This document shows, piece after piece, positions 18,714-26,429 of a DNA stretch of 64,000 nucleotides. The position numbers were made by a program, and so were the translations under genes. How positions within the stretch are numbered: position 1 is the stretch's first letter; the number at the start of each line of letters is the position of its first letter. Under the pieces are notes generated by a model. The model was not told where the DNA came from and ran no database searches. It worked only from the letters and a program-made list of their open reading frames with translations. Source of the DNA: Gemmatimonas sp. (GTDB lineage: Bacteria; Gemmatimonadota; Gemmatimonadetes; Gemmatimonadales; Gemmatimonadaceae); NCBI GenBank assembly GCA_965279375.1, contig OZ257156.1, positions 832,001-896,000 of the forward strand, in the 5' to 3' direction.

Positions 18714-21235
18714 TGACGGCCGAGGAACGCGTGGACGCGTGGTTCACGTCGCGGGGCTGGGCTCCGTTCGCATTTCAGCGCGAGGTGTGGGACGCGCACG
18801 CACGCGGCGAGTCGGGGCTGATTCATGCGGCGACCGGCACCGGCAAGACGTACGCGGCGTGGATGGGCGCCGTGCTCGAATCGATGCGAGAGGAGCCGAA
18901 GGGACGCGTGATGCGACGTCGGGCGGACGCCATGCCGCTGCGCGTGCTGTGGATCACGCCGTTGCGCGCCCTCGCAGCCGACACGGAGCAGGCGCTGCGT
19001 GAGCCCATCGAAGACCTTGGGCTGCGCTGGACGATCGAGTCGCGAACCGGCGATACCTCGCAGGCGAAGCGCGCACGTCAGCGCGAACGCTTGCCCACCG
19101 CGCTCATCACCACGCCGGAGTCGCTGTCGCTGCTGCTTTGTCGTAAAGACAGCGCGGCGATTTTCTCCGATTTGCGCTGCGTGGTCGTGGACGAGTGGCA
19201 TGAACTCCTGAGCACAAAGCGTGGCGCGCAGGTGGAACTCGCACTCGCGCGTCTTCGCACGCTGTGCCCGGCGCTGCGCACGTGGGGTGTGTCGGCCACG
19301 CTGGGGAATCTCGATGTTGCCGCCGCGACGCTGCTCGGACTGGATGCCGAGGGCGTGCCACGTGCTCGGCGGCTCGTGCGCGGTGTCGTGCCCAAGGAGG
19401 TGGTGATTGAATCGCTGATCCCCGAGACGATGGAGCGATTCCCGTGGGCCGGTCATCTCAACACCAAGCTGCTCCCCGAGGTGATGCAGCGGCTGTCGCA
19501 GGCGCAGAGCGCGATCGTCTTCACCAACACGCGCTCGCAGTGCGAGATCTGGTTTCAGTCGATCATTGCTGCCGATCCGTCGTGGTTCGAGTTCACGGCG
19601 ATTCACCATGGTTCGCTGTCGCGACAACAGCGGACGTCGGTGGAGGATGGTCTCAAGTCGGGGCGATATCGGGTCGTCATCTCCACGTCGTCGCTCGATC
19701 TCGGCGTGGACTTCACGCCGGTGGACATGGTGATGCAGGTGGGCAGTCCCAAGGGCGTTGCACGGCTGCTGCAACGCGCAGGACGCTCGGGACACTCACC
19801 CGGACGCGTGTCGCGCATCGTCTGCGTGCCCACGCACGCGTTCGAGCTGGTGGAGGTCGCGGCGGCGCGTGCGGCGATCGCCGCGAACGCAATCGAGAGT
19901 CGGGATCCGCTGGATCGGCCGCTGGATCTGTTGGCACAGCATCTCATCACGCTGGCGCTGGGCGGCGGCTTCACGCGTGATGCCGTGCTGGATGAGCTGC
20001 GCACGACGATGGCCTACGCCAAGCTCACGGAGGCGGAGCTCGACTGGACAATCGATTTCATCACGCGGGGCGGTGACGCGCTCAAGGCTTATCCGGAGTA
20101 CGCGCGCGTGCAGTGTGTGGACGGCGTATATCTGGTGACCGATCGCCGCGTCGCGCTGCGGCACGTGCTCAACATCGGCACGATCGTGAGCGATGCAGCG
20201 ATCGCCGTGCGCTATCTGAGTGGCGGCCGACTGGGAACGGTGGAGGAGAGTTTTGTCTCGCGATTGAACGCCGGCGACAAGTTCATCTTTGCCGGCAAGC
20301 CGCTGGAGTTCGTGCGCGTGCGCGAACTGACCGCGTGGGTGCGCAAGGCCAAGGGTACGTCAGGCGCGATTCCGCGCTGGGCCGGCGCGCGCATGCCGCT
20401 CAGCTCAGAACTGTCGCTCGCGGTGCGTACCAAGCTGGAAGAGGCACGCACTGGAGTATTCGATGGACCGGAGATGGTCGCGGTGCGCTCGGTGCTCGCG
20501 TTGCAGGCTGAACGGAGCACGATTCCGCAGATCGACGAGTTGCTGATCGAGCGTTGCGAGACGCGCGATGGACATCATTGCTTTGTGTATCCCTTCGAAG
20601 GCCGTCTCGTGCACGAGGGGCTCGCGGCGCTCTTTGCGTATCGCATGGCCCAGCTCACGCCGGCGTCGTTCGTATTCGCCTGCAACGACTATGGCTTCGA
20701 GCTGGTATCTCCCGAGCGCGCACCGCTGGAGGAGGCGCTGGAGGCAGGATTGCTCTCCACCGCACATCTGCTGCACGACATTCTGCACAGCCTCAACGCC
20801 GCCGAGCTGGCGCGCCGCCAGTTTCGCGAGATCGCGCGCGTGGCCGGACTCGTGTTCTCCGGCTATCCCGGGCAGTCCAAGTCCATGAAGCAGGTGCAGG
20901 CTTCGAGCGGACTGCTGTATGATGTGTTCGTGAAGTATGACCCGGACAACCTGCTCATCCATCAGGCGCAGCGCGAAGTGCTGGAGCGTCAGCTCGAGGC
21001 GAGTCGACTTGGCATGGTGCTCGAGCGCCTCTCGCACAGCGCGGTGCGCGTGATCGACGTGGAACGGCCCACGCCGCTGGCTTTCCCGCTGCTGATCGAC
21101 TTCTCGCGCGGCAAGTTGAGTACTGAAAAGCTGGCCGATCGCGTGCGTCGAATGACGGTGTCCGCCGAGAAGGCCACGCGCGCTGGCGCCACCACGTTTC
21201 GTCGCGCTGCGGTGCATGAGCCTCCGTCGCCATGA
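18710..21235 (+). CDS. lhr: Ligase-associated DEXH-box helicase (Lhr-core)
   Basis: TGTGKT, ITPLRAL, DEWH, SAT, HHGSL, SSLDLGVD, QRAGRSGH, NIGTI; ATGA overlap with the ligase. Confidence 0.93.
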   Translation: MMTAEERVDAWFTSRGWAPFAFQREVWDAHARGESGLIHAATGTGKTYAAWMGAVLESMREEPKGRVMRRRADAMPLRVLWITPLRALAADTEQALREPIEDLGLRWTIESRTGDTSQAKRARQRERLPTALITTPESLSLLLCRKDSAAIFSDLRCVVVDEWHELLSTKRGAQVELALARLRTLCPALRTWGVSATLGNLDVAAATLLGLDAEGVPRARRLVRGVVPKEVVIESLIPETMERFPWAGHLNTKLLPEVMQRLSQAQSAIVFTNTRSQCEIWFQSIIAADPSWFEFTAIHHGSLSRQQRTSVEDGLKSGRYRVVISTSSLDLGVDFTPVDMVMQVGSPKGVARLLQRAGRSGHSPGRVSRIVCVPTHAFELVEVAAARAAIAANAIESRDPLDRPLDLLAQHLITLALGGGFTRDAVLDELRTTMAYAKLTEAELDWTIDFITRGGDALKAYPEYARVQCVDGVYLVTDRRVALRHVLNIGTIVSDAAIAVRYLSGGRLGTVEESFVSRLNAGDKFIFAGKPLEFVRVRELTAWVRKAKGTSGAIPRWAGARMPLSSELSLAVRTKLEEARTGVFDGPEMVAVRSVLALQAERSTIPQIDELLIERCETRDGHHCFVYPFEGRLVHEGLAALFAYRMAQLTPASFVFACNDYGFELVSPERAPLEEALEAGLLSTAHLLHDILHSLNAAELARRQFREIARVAGLVFSGYPGQSKSMKQVQASSGLLYDVFVKYDPDNLLIHQAQREVLERQLEASRLGMVLERLSHSAVRVIDVERPTPLAFPLLIDFSRGKLSTEKLADRVRRMTVSAEKATRAGATTFRRAAVHEPPSP

Positions 21236-21918
21236 TGTCGCTCGAGATTGCCCTCCAGGGCGAGCGCGTGTTGCTGCTGGCCGATCGCGCACTGTTTCTG
21301 CCCGCGTTCTCGGCGCTGCTCGTCGCGGACCTGCACTGGGGGAAGGCCGCAGCCTTTCGTGCGGCCAACATTCCGATTCCCACAGGCACGACCGCGTCCG
21401 ATCTCGATCGACTGTCACACCTGCTGGCTCACACCCAGGCGCAGCAGCTGATCGTGCTGGGTGATCTGCTGCACGCCAAGGCCGGACGGCACGCCGATAC
21501 ACTCGCCACCATCCAGCAGTGGCGCGAACGACACGCCGACGTGCAGATCCGTCTGGTGCGTGGCAATCACGACACCCACGCGGGCGATCCGCCAGCATCG
21601 CTTGGTATCGAGTGTGTCGATGCGCCGTGGATGCTTGGTCCGTTCGCCTGCGCGCACCACCCCGAGCCGTCGGATGTGGGCTACGTGCTCGCCGGACATC
21701 TGCATCCGCATGTCACTCTTGGTGGACGCGGACGCCAACGCATGCGTCTTCCCTGTTTCGCCTTTGGCGAGCAGGTTGGCATCCTGCCAGCATTCGCCGA
21801 GTTCACCGGAACTGGTGCGTACGTGAATACCGGATCGGACGCACTCTATGCGGCGACGGGGGACGAAGTCATCGCACTCTCCGGTCCAGCACGCTTGCCC
21901 TCCCGCCCGCTTCCCTGA
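21232..21918 (+). CDS. pdeM: Ligase-associated metallophosphoesterase/endonuclease
   Basis: DLHWGK, GDLLH, GNHD, HHP, GHLHP, LPAF..FTG; ATGA overlap with the helicase. Confidence 0.9.
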   Translation: MMSLEIALQGERVLLLADRALFLPAFSALLVADLHWGKAAAFRAANIPIPTGTTASDLDRLSHLLAHTQAQQLIVLGDLLHAKAGRHADTLATIQQWRERHADVQIRLVRGNHDTHAGDPPASLGIECVDAPWMLGPFACAHHPEPSDVGYVLAGHLHPHVTLGGRGRQRMRLPCFAFGEQVGILPAFAEFTGTGAYVNTGSDALYAATGDEVIALSGPARLPSRPLP

Positions 21919-21929
21919 CAGCATCAGCC

Positions 21930-22916
21930 ATGCAAACACGTCTCGGATTCACACTCATGTCCCTCGCCGAGTTCGAGGGGTGGATCGCGCAGCGACAGCT
22001 GGCGCGCACGGTGCTCACGCTGCAGCAGCATCACACGTGGTCTCCGTCGTACGGAAGCTTCAACGGGCGCAACCACTTCGAGTTGCAGTCCGGCATGAAG
22101 CACCATCACGTGGTCAACAACGGCTGGGCGGATATCGGCCAGCACTTCACGACGTTCCCTGACGGCTCGATCATGACAGGCCGCTCGCTCGAGCAATCGC
22201 CGGCGTGCATCCTTGGCAACAACGCCAACGCGATCTGCATCGAGCACTTGGGGAACTTCGACAGCGGCAAGGATGCCATGTCCCCCGCGCATCGCGCGAC
22301 GATCATCGCGATGACTGCGGCGATCTGTCGGCGCTACGCGATCCCGGTGAACACCGACAAGGTGGTTTACCACCACTGGTTTGATCTCAGGACCGGCGCG
22401 CGCACCAATGGCAGCGGCACCACCAAGACATTCCCGGGGACCGCATTCTTCGGTGGCAACGCCGTGGACAATGCGCAGCGTTCCTTCCTGCCACTCGTAC
22501 GTCGTGCGATGGGTGGCGCGGATGCCGCAGTGCCACCCGCGTCGCCTCTTGGCATGCGCTACGGGGCCGTGCTGGCGGATAAGCTCAACGTTCGCGCCGA
22601 CGCAGCGGGCAACGCCAGCAAGATCAACACGGTCACACTCGGCAGCATTCTCCGCATTCACGACGAACGCGATGGCTGGTATCGCATCTCGTCATCGCAG
22701 CAGGAGTGGGTGGCCGCACGTCTCGTGCAGCTCGTGGAGCGCGCCACCGTGAACACCGAGGCGCTGAACGTGCGGAACGGTCCGGCAAAGACGTTCGACA
22801 AGCTCGCTGCACTCGCCCGCAAGCAGGAAGTGTTCGTTCACGAGCGTAAGGACGGCTGGTGCCGCATCGGGCTCGAACAGCGGTGGGTATCCGAGTCTCT
22901 CCTCACACTTGGTTAG
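21930..22916 (+). CDS. N-acetylmuramoyl-L-alanine amidase (Amidase_2/PGRP-like) with two SH3b domains
   Basis: QHHTW, GWADIGQHF, GR.L, ICIE.LGNFD, HHWF, KTFPG; two LNVR...GW..I....WV SH3b repeats. Confidence 0.85.
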   Translation: MQTRLGFTLMSLAEFEGWIAQRQLARTVLTLQQHHTWSPSYGSFNGRNHFELQSGMKHHHVVNNGWADIGQHFTTFPDGSIMTGRSLEQSPACILGNNANAICIEHLGNFDSGKDAMSPAHRATIIAMTAAICRRYAIPVNTDKVVYHHWFDLRTGARTNGSGTTKTFPGTAFFGGNAVDNAQRSFLPLVRRAMGGADAAVPPASPLGMRYGAVLADKLNVRADAAGNASKINTVTLGSILRIHDERDGWYRISSSQQEWVAARLVQLVERATVNTEALNVRNGPAKTFDKLAALARKQEVFVHERKDGWCRIGLEQRWVSESLLTLG

Positions 22917-22922
22917 ACGCGC

Positions 22923-23315
22923 ATGATCCACATCGAGCACATCGCCGTCTGGTCTGACGATATCGATCGGCTGGCCGCGTTCTACGCCTCGTTCTTCGGC
23001 GCGGTCGTCGGTGATCGCTACGTGAACGCGCAGAAGGGATTCGCGTCGCGCTTTCTCCGCTTTGCCACGGGAGCGCGACTGGAACTCATGTCCTCCACGC
23101 AGCTTGCGCCGGTCGTGCACGAGCGCGGCGCGCAGCGGATGGGGCTCACACACTTCGCCGTATCCGTTGGCTCGGCCGCGGCGGTGAACGCGCTGACAGA
23201 GCGCGTCGTCGTCGCCGGCCACGAGTGCGTGGATGGTCCGCGCTGGACCGGCGACGGCTACTACGAGAGCGTTGTACTCGATCCCGACGGCAACCGCGTC
23301 GAGATCACGATCTAG
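22923..23315 (+). CDS. VOC/glyoxalase family protein
   Basis: IEHIAVW, FY..FFG, LELM, HFA, PR.TGDGYYESVVLDPDGNRVEI. Confidence 0.9.
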   Translation: MIHIEHIAVWSDDIDRLAAFYASFFGAVVGDRYVNAQKGFASRFLRFATGARLELMSSTQLAPVVHERGAQRMGLTHFAVSVGSAAAVNALTERVVVAGHECVDGPRWTGDGYYESVVLDPDGNRVEITI

Positions 23316-23342
23316 ACATCACGATCTAGAGATCACGATTCA
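23301..23342. repeat. 3 x 14-bp imperfect tandem repeat over the VOC stop codon
   Basis: gagatcacgatcta / gacatcacgatcta / gagatcacgattca. Confidence 0.85.
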
Positions 23343-23355
23343 GGTCGATGCGCCG

Positions 23356-25101
23356 TTAGGGAAACAGCGGCGGCGGGATGCGCTTCCTGGTGGCCTGCTC
23401 GAACGCATAGGCCAACGCAACCAACGTGGGTTCGCCGCATGCCGACGCGGTGAAGCTCACGCCGAATGGTGCTGGCCGAGGCGTGAAGCCAGCAGGGAAC
23501 GCCTGCGTGCCCTGTCCCTGCGGTACGGGCAACAATGCGTACGGTACCGTGATGGTGGGATAGCCCGGGCGTGCGCCGATGTTGGCGCTGTTCGCACCAG
23601 GAAAGAGCAGTGCATCGAGCTTGTGCGTCTTCATCGCGGCGTCGATGCCGTTGGTGGCCGACAGCAGAATATCCTTGCGCCGATCCGCTTCGTAGCGCGA
23701 GCGATCCGCCTGCACGTCCATCTCGTCGGAGATGTCGAGCAACGCCTGCCCGTACTTGATCGCGCCGGCACGCTGATGCGCGATGTTCCACATGCGAAGC
23801 CCCGTGAGCGTTGGCACCGGCGCCTTGTCGCCAAGCAGTTTGAGCCACGTGTTGAAGTCACGCTTCATGCCGTACTTGAACGCGATCGAGCAATCCGCGT
23901 CGCGCCCCTTCGCCTGATCCAGGCCGCTGCACGGGTTCCAGTTGAGGAAGTTGTTGGCCGGATTGGGTTCGATCACGCTCGGAATGTCTGCGGGATCGAC
24001 GATCACCGCGCCGTGCGCCTTGAGCGTGGCGATCACGTCGTCCATCGCCGACTTCTGTGCCACGTTCAGTCCACCACGCGGTGTGTTGCTGCCGCCGGCG
24101 GGCGGAACGGTTGGCTCGTAGAAGAACGCGCGGGGAATGCCGATGCGTGCGCCCTTGAGCCGCGTGGTATCGAGAAATGCGGTGTAGTCGTTGCGCGCGG
24201 GAGGCGTGCACACTTTGCTTGCCGCGTCGTTGGCGTCCGGCGAGGTGCCTTCGAGCGCGCCAAGCATGATCGCCGCATCGCGTACGGTGCGCGTCATCGG
24301 ACCCGGCGTATCCTGATCGGCCGTGATGGGGATGACGCCGTAGCGGCTCACTCGGCCGACGGTCGGCTTGATGCCGACGAGGAAGTTCTGTTGTGCAGGG
24401 CTCAGGATGGAGCCTGACGTTTCCGTGCCGACGTTGCCGGCCCAGAAGCTGACGTTGGTGCCGACACCGGAACTCGAGCCACCCGTGCCAAGTACCGGCC
24501 GTCCGTCGAAGTTCGCGTCACGTGGGTCGCGACGAGGATCCCACGGATTCATGCCGTAGCCCGTCAGGCCGGTGTAGTTCCCGGGCATGCCCGTCGCGGT
24601 CCAGTTGGCGAGCTCCGTGAGCTGCGTCTTGGCGAGAATGATCGCGCCTGCCGCCTTGAGGTTACGCGTGAGTGTGGCGTCGTAGTTGGGCACGAGATCG
24701 GCGAACGCGAGCGCGCCGCCGGTCGTAGTCATCTCGATCGTCTGGATGTTGTCCTTGAGCGCGATGGGGATGCCATGCAACGGTCCGCGGATCTTGCCCG
24801 CCGCGCGTTCGCGATCGAGCGAATCGGCGATGGCGAGCGCATTCGGGTTGATCGTGATGACCGCGTTGAGCTTGTCTTCGTACGTCGCGATACGCGCGAG
24901 GTACTGCTGAACGATCTCTCGCGACGTGATGCGTTTTTGCTCGAGCGCAGTGCGCAAGTCGGCAAGGCTGGTCTCGTGCACCGAGAGCGGCGCAACTGGC
25001 GCACGTCGCTGGGCGTGCACCGGAACAGCGGCGAGCGCGCTGGCAGAGAGTACAGCAGCCGTGGTCGCGACGTACAGGCGCGTGGCGTGGGTCATGCGCA
25101 T
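23356..25101 (-). CDS. Amidase signature family enzyme, exported
   Basis: GPLHGIPIALKDN, GGSSSG, GTETSGSI, VGIKPT.G..SR.G.IP, DTPGPM; signal peptide. Confidence 0.93.
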   Translation of the reverse strand: MRMTHATRLYVATTAAVLSASALAAVPVHAQRRAPVAPLSVHETSLADLRTALEQKRITSREIVQQYLARIATYEDKLNAVITINPNALAIADSLDRERAAGKIRGPLHGIPIALKDNIQTIEMTTTGGALAFADLVPNYDATLTRNLKAAGAIILAKTQLTELANWTATGMPGNYTGLTGYGMNPWDPRRDPRDANFDGRPVLGTGGSSSGVGTNVSFWAGNVGTETSGSILSPAQQNFLVGIKPTVGRVSRYGVIPITADQDTPGPMTRTVRDAAIMLGALEGTSPDANDAASKVCTPPARNDYTAFLDTTRLKGARIGIPRAFFYEPTVPPAGGSNTPRGGLNVAQKSAMDDVIATLKAHGAVIVDPADIPSVIEPNPANNFLNWNPCSGLDQAKGRDADCSIAFKYGMKRDFNTWLKLLGDKAPVPTLTGLRMWNIAHQRAGAIKYGQALLDISDEMDVQADRSRYEADRRKDILLSATNGIDAAMKTHKLDALLFPGANSANIGARPGYPTITVPYALLPVPQGQGTQAFPAGFTPRPAPFGVSFTASACGEPTLVALAYAFEQATRKRIPPPLFP

Positions 25102-25150
25102 GGAGAGAATGGACTCGAGGTATGCGACTGAGGACGGTGCGAGCGTGGAG

Positions 25151-25200
25151 CTACTGCGAGATACTGCGAGTTACTAAGAGTTACTGCGAGTTACTGCGCC
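25151..25200. repeat. 5 x 10-bp imperfect tandem repeat (ttactgcgag)
   Basis: ctactgcgag atactgcgag ttactaagag ttactgcgag ttactgcgcc; the last unit contains the stop of the 25191..26420 gene. Confidence 0.9.
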
Positions 25201-26420
25201 GGGTGACTGAAGACGGCACCATGCGGAATTCCGGCACCGCTGCCGCCATGCGGCCACGTGGTGTTCTCCATACGGATGCCGGGCTCGCTGCTGCCCGCCC
25301 CGCGAAAACGATCATCGAGCGTGAGCTTGCCCGTCTTGATGTCGAAGCGTGCCATCAGCACTCGTGTCTTCATCGCCTGATAGCCCGTGATGACCACACG
25401 CTGCTGATTCGGCTCCATACCAATCCAATGCGGTACGTCGTCCTTGCCCAGCGTGATACGCGAGACTTCGCGTGGATGGGTGGGATCGGTGATGTCGAGA
25501 CTCACCACCGCGCTCCACGCGGGCACCGTGATGAGGTAGTAGTTGCCCGAGACAATGGGTACCGCGCATGATGTCCCCGCCTTCTGCGGAAACGAGGCAA
25601 CCATGCGCGCCGACGGCGTCTTGCTGGTCAGTCCGTCCAGCAAGTACAAACCGCAGTTGAACGTCGAAACCAAGACCGTCTTGCCGTCACTCAGCACGCG
25701 TGGCTCGGCGCTCACGTACCCTTCGCCGTGTGGCCCGTTGGGCAGCTCGATCTTTGCCTGCAACGAGAGGTCAGACAAACGCCAGATTTGCACATTTCGT
25801 GTTGAATCGCCGTGGTCCATGTTCGTCGTCGTCACGACCACGCGATCCATGTTGGCGAGAATCGCTGCGGAGTACGGACGCTCACGACGGTCCACCGCTG
25901 CAATGTTCGCCGATGCGCTGCGCACCACGCGTCCGGCCGGCGTCAGCTCAGCGAGCCCACCGGGTGCCGTCCCCTTGTCGTCGTGCTGCATCTGCAGCGT
26001 CGTCAATACGTTGCCGTTGGGCAGACGCCAGAAGCTGTGCGGATGCATCATCCCTGCGACCGCATCGAACTGCCCATCGAGCTTGGGCGCGCGCGGATTG
26101 CGCAGATCGAAGATGTACGATTTGCCCGACTGGAAGCCGTTCGCGAACAGTCGGCTGTCCGACGCGAGCGTGTGCTCGGTGTGATGCGTACCCGTTCCAG
26201 TGCCAGGTACCGGCACGGTGGTGACGAGTGCGCCATAACGATCGGCTGCGGGGTTCTCGCGCACATCGTACACAGCGAGAAAGTCCGGACCACTCTTGTC
26301 GGCCGATGCGGTCCAGAGATACAGATACTCGCTCGGCTTCGCGGCGCGTGGCGCTGTGACGAACGGCGACGGGAGCAACGACGCAGCAGCGATTGCGATG
26401 GCGAAGAATCGGTTGGTCAT
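25191..26420 (-). CDS. Secreted beta-propeller, SBP56/methanethiol-oxidase-like
   Basis: Signal peptide; YLYLW...DFLAV.D.......YG..V.T.P....THH, HPHSF.RLPNGNVL, PGGL.E, QIWR, PHW patterns resemble the SBP56 family. Confidence 0.65.
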   Translation of the reverse strand: MTNRFFAIAIAAASLLPSPFVTAPRAAKPSEYLYLWTASADKSGPDFLAVYDVRENPAADRYGALVTTVPVPGTGTGTHHTEHTLASDSRLFANGFQSGKSYIFDLRNPRAPKLDGQFDAVAGMMHPHSFWRLPNGNVLTTLQMQHDDKGTAPGGLAELTPAGRVVRSASANIAAVDRRERPYSAAILANMDRVVVTTTNMDHGDSTRNVQIWRLSDLSLQAKIELPNGPHGEGYVSAEPRVLSDGKTVLVSTFNCGLYLLDGLTSKTPSARMVASFPQKAGTSCAVPIVSGNYYLITVPAWSAVVSLDITDPTHPREVSRITLGKDDVPHWIGMEPNQQRVVITGYQAMKTRVLMARFDIKTGKLTLDDRFRGAGSSEPGIRMENTTWPHGGSGAGIPHGAVFSHPAQ

Positions 26421-26429
26421 CGCGCGACG

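Noticed and set aside
21519..21929. N-terminal extension of the amidase ORF
   Set aside because: Out-of-frame overlap with pdeM; the ATG at 21930 follows the pdeM stop.
25151..25200. Possible CRISPR array (also 23301-23342)
   Set aside because: Units are 10-14 bp, directly tandem, with no spacers or cas genes.
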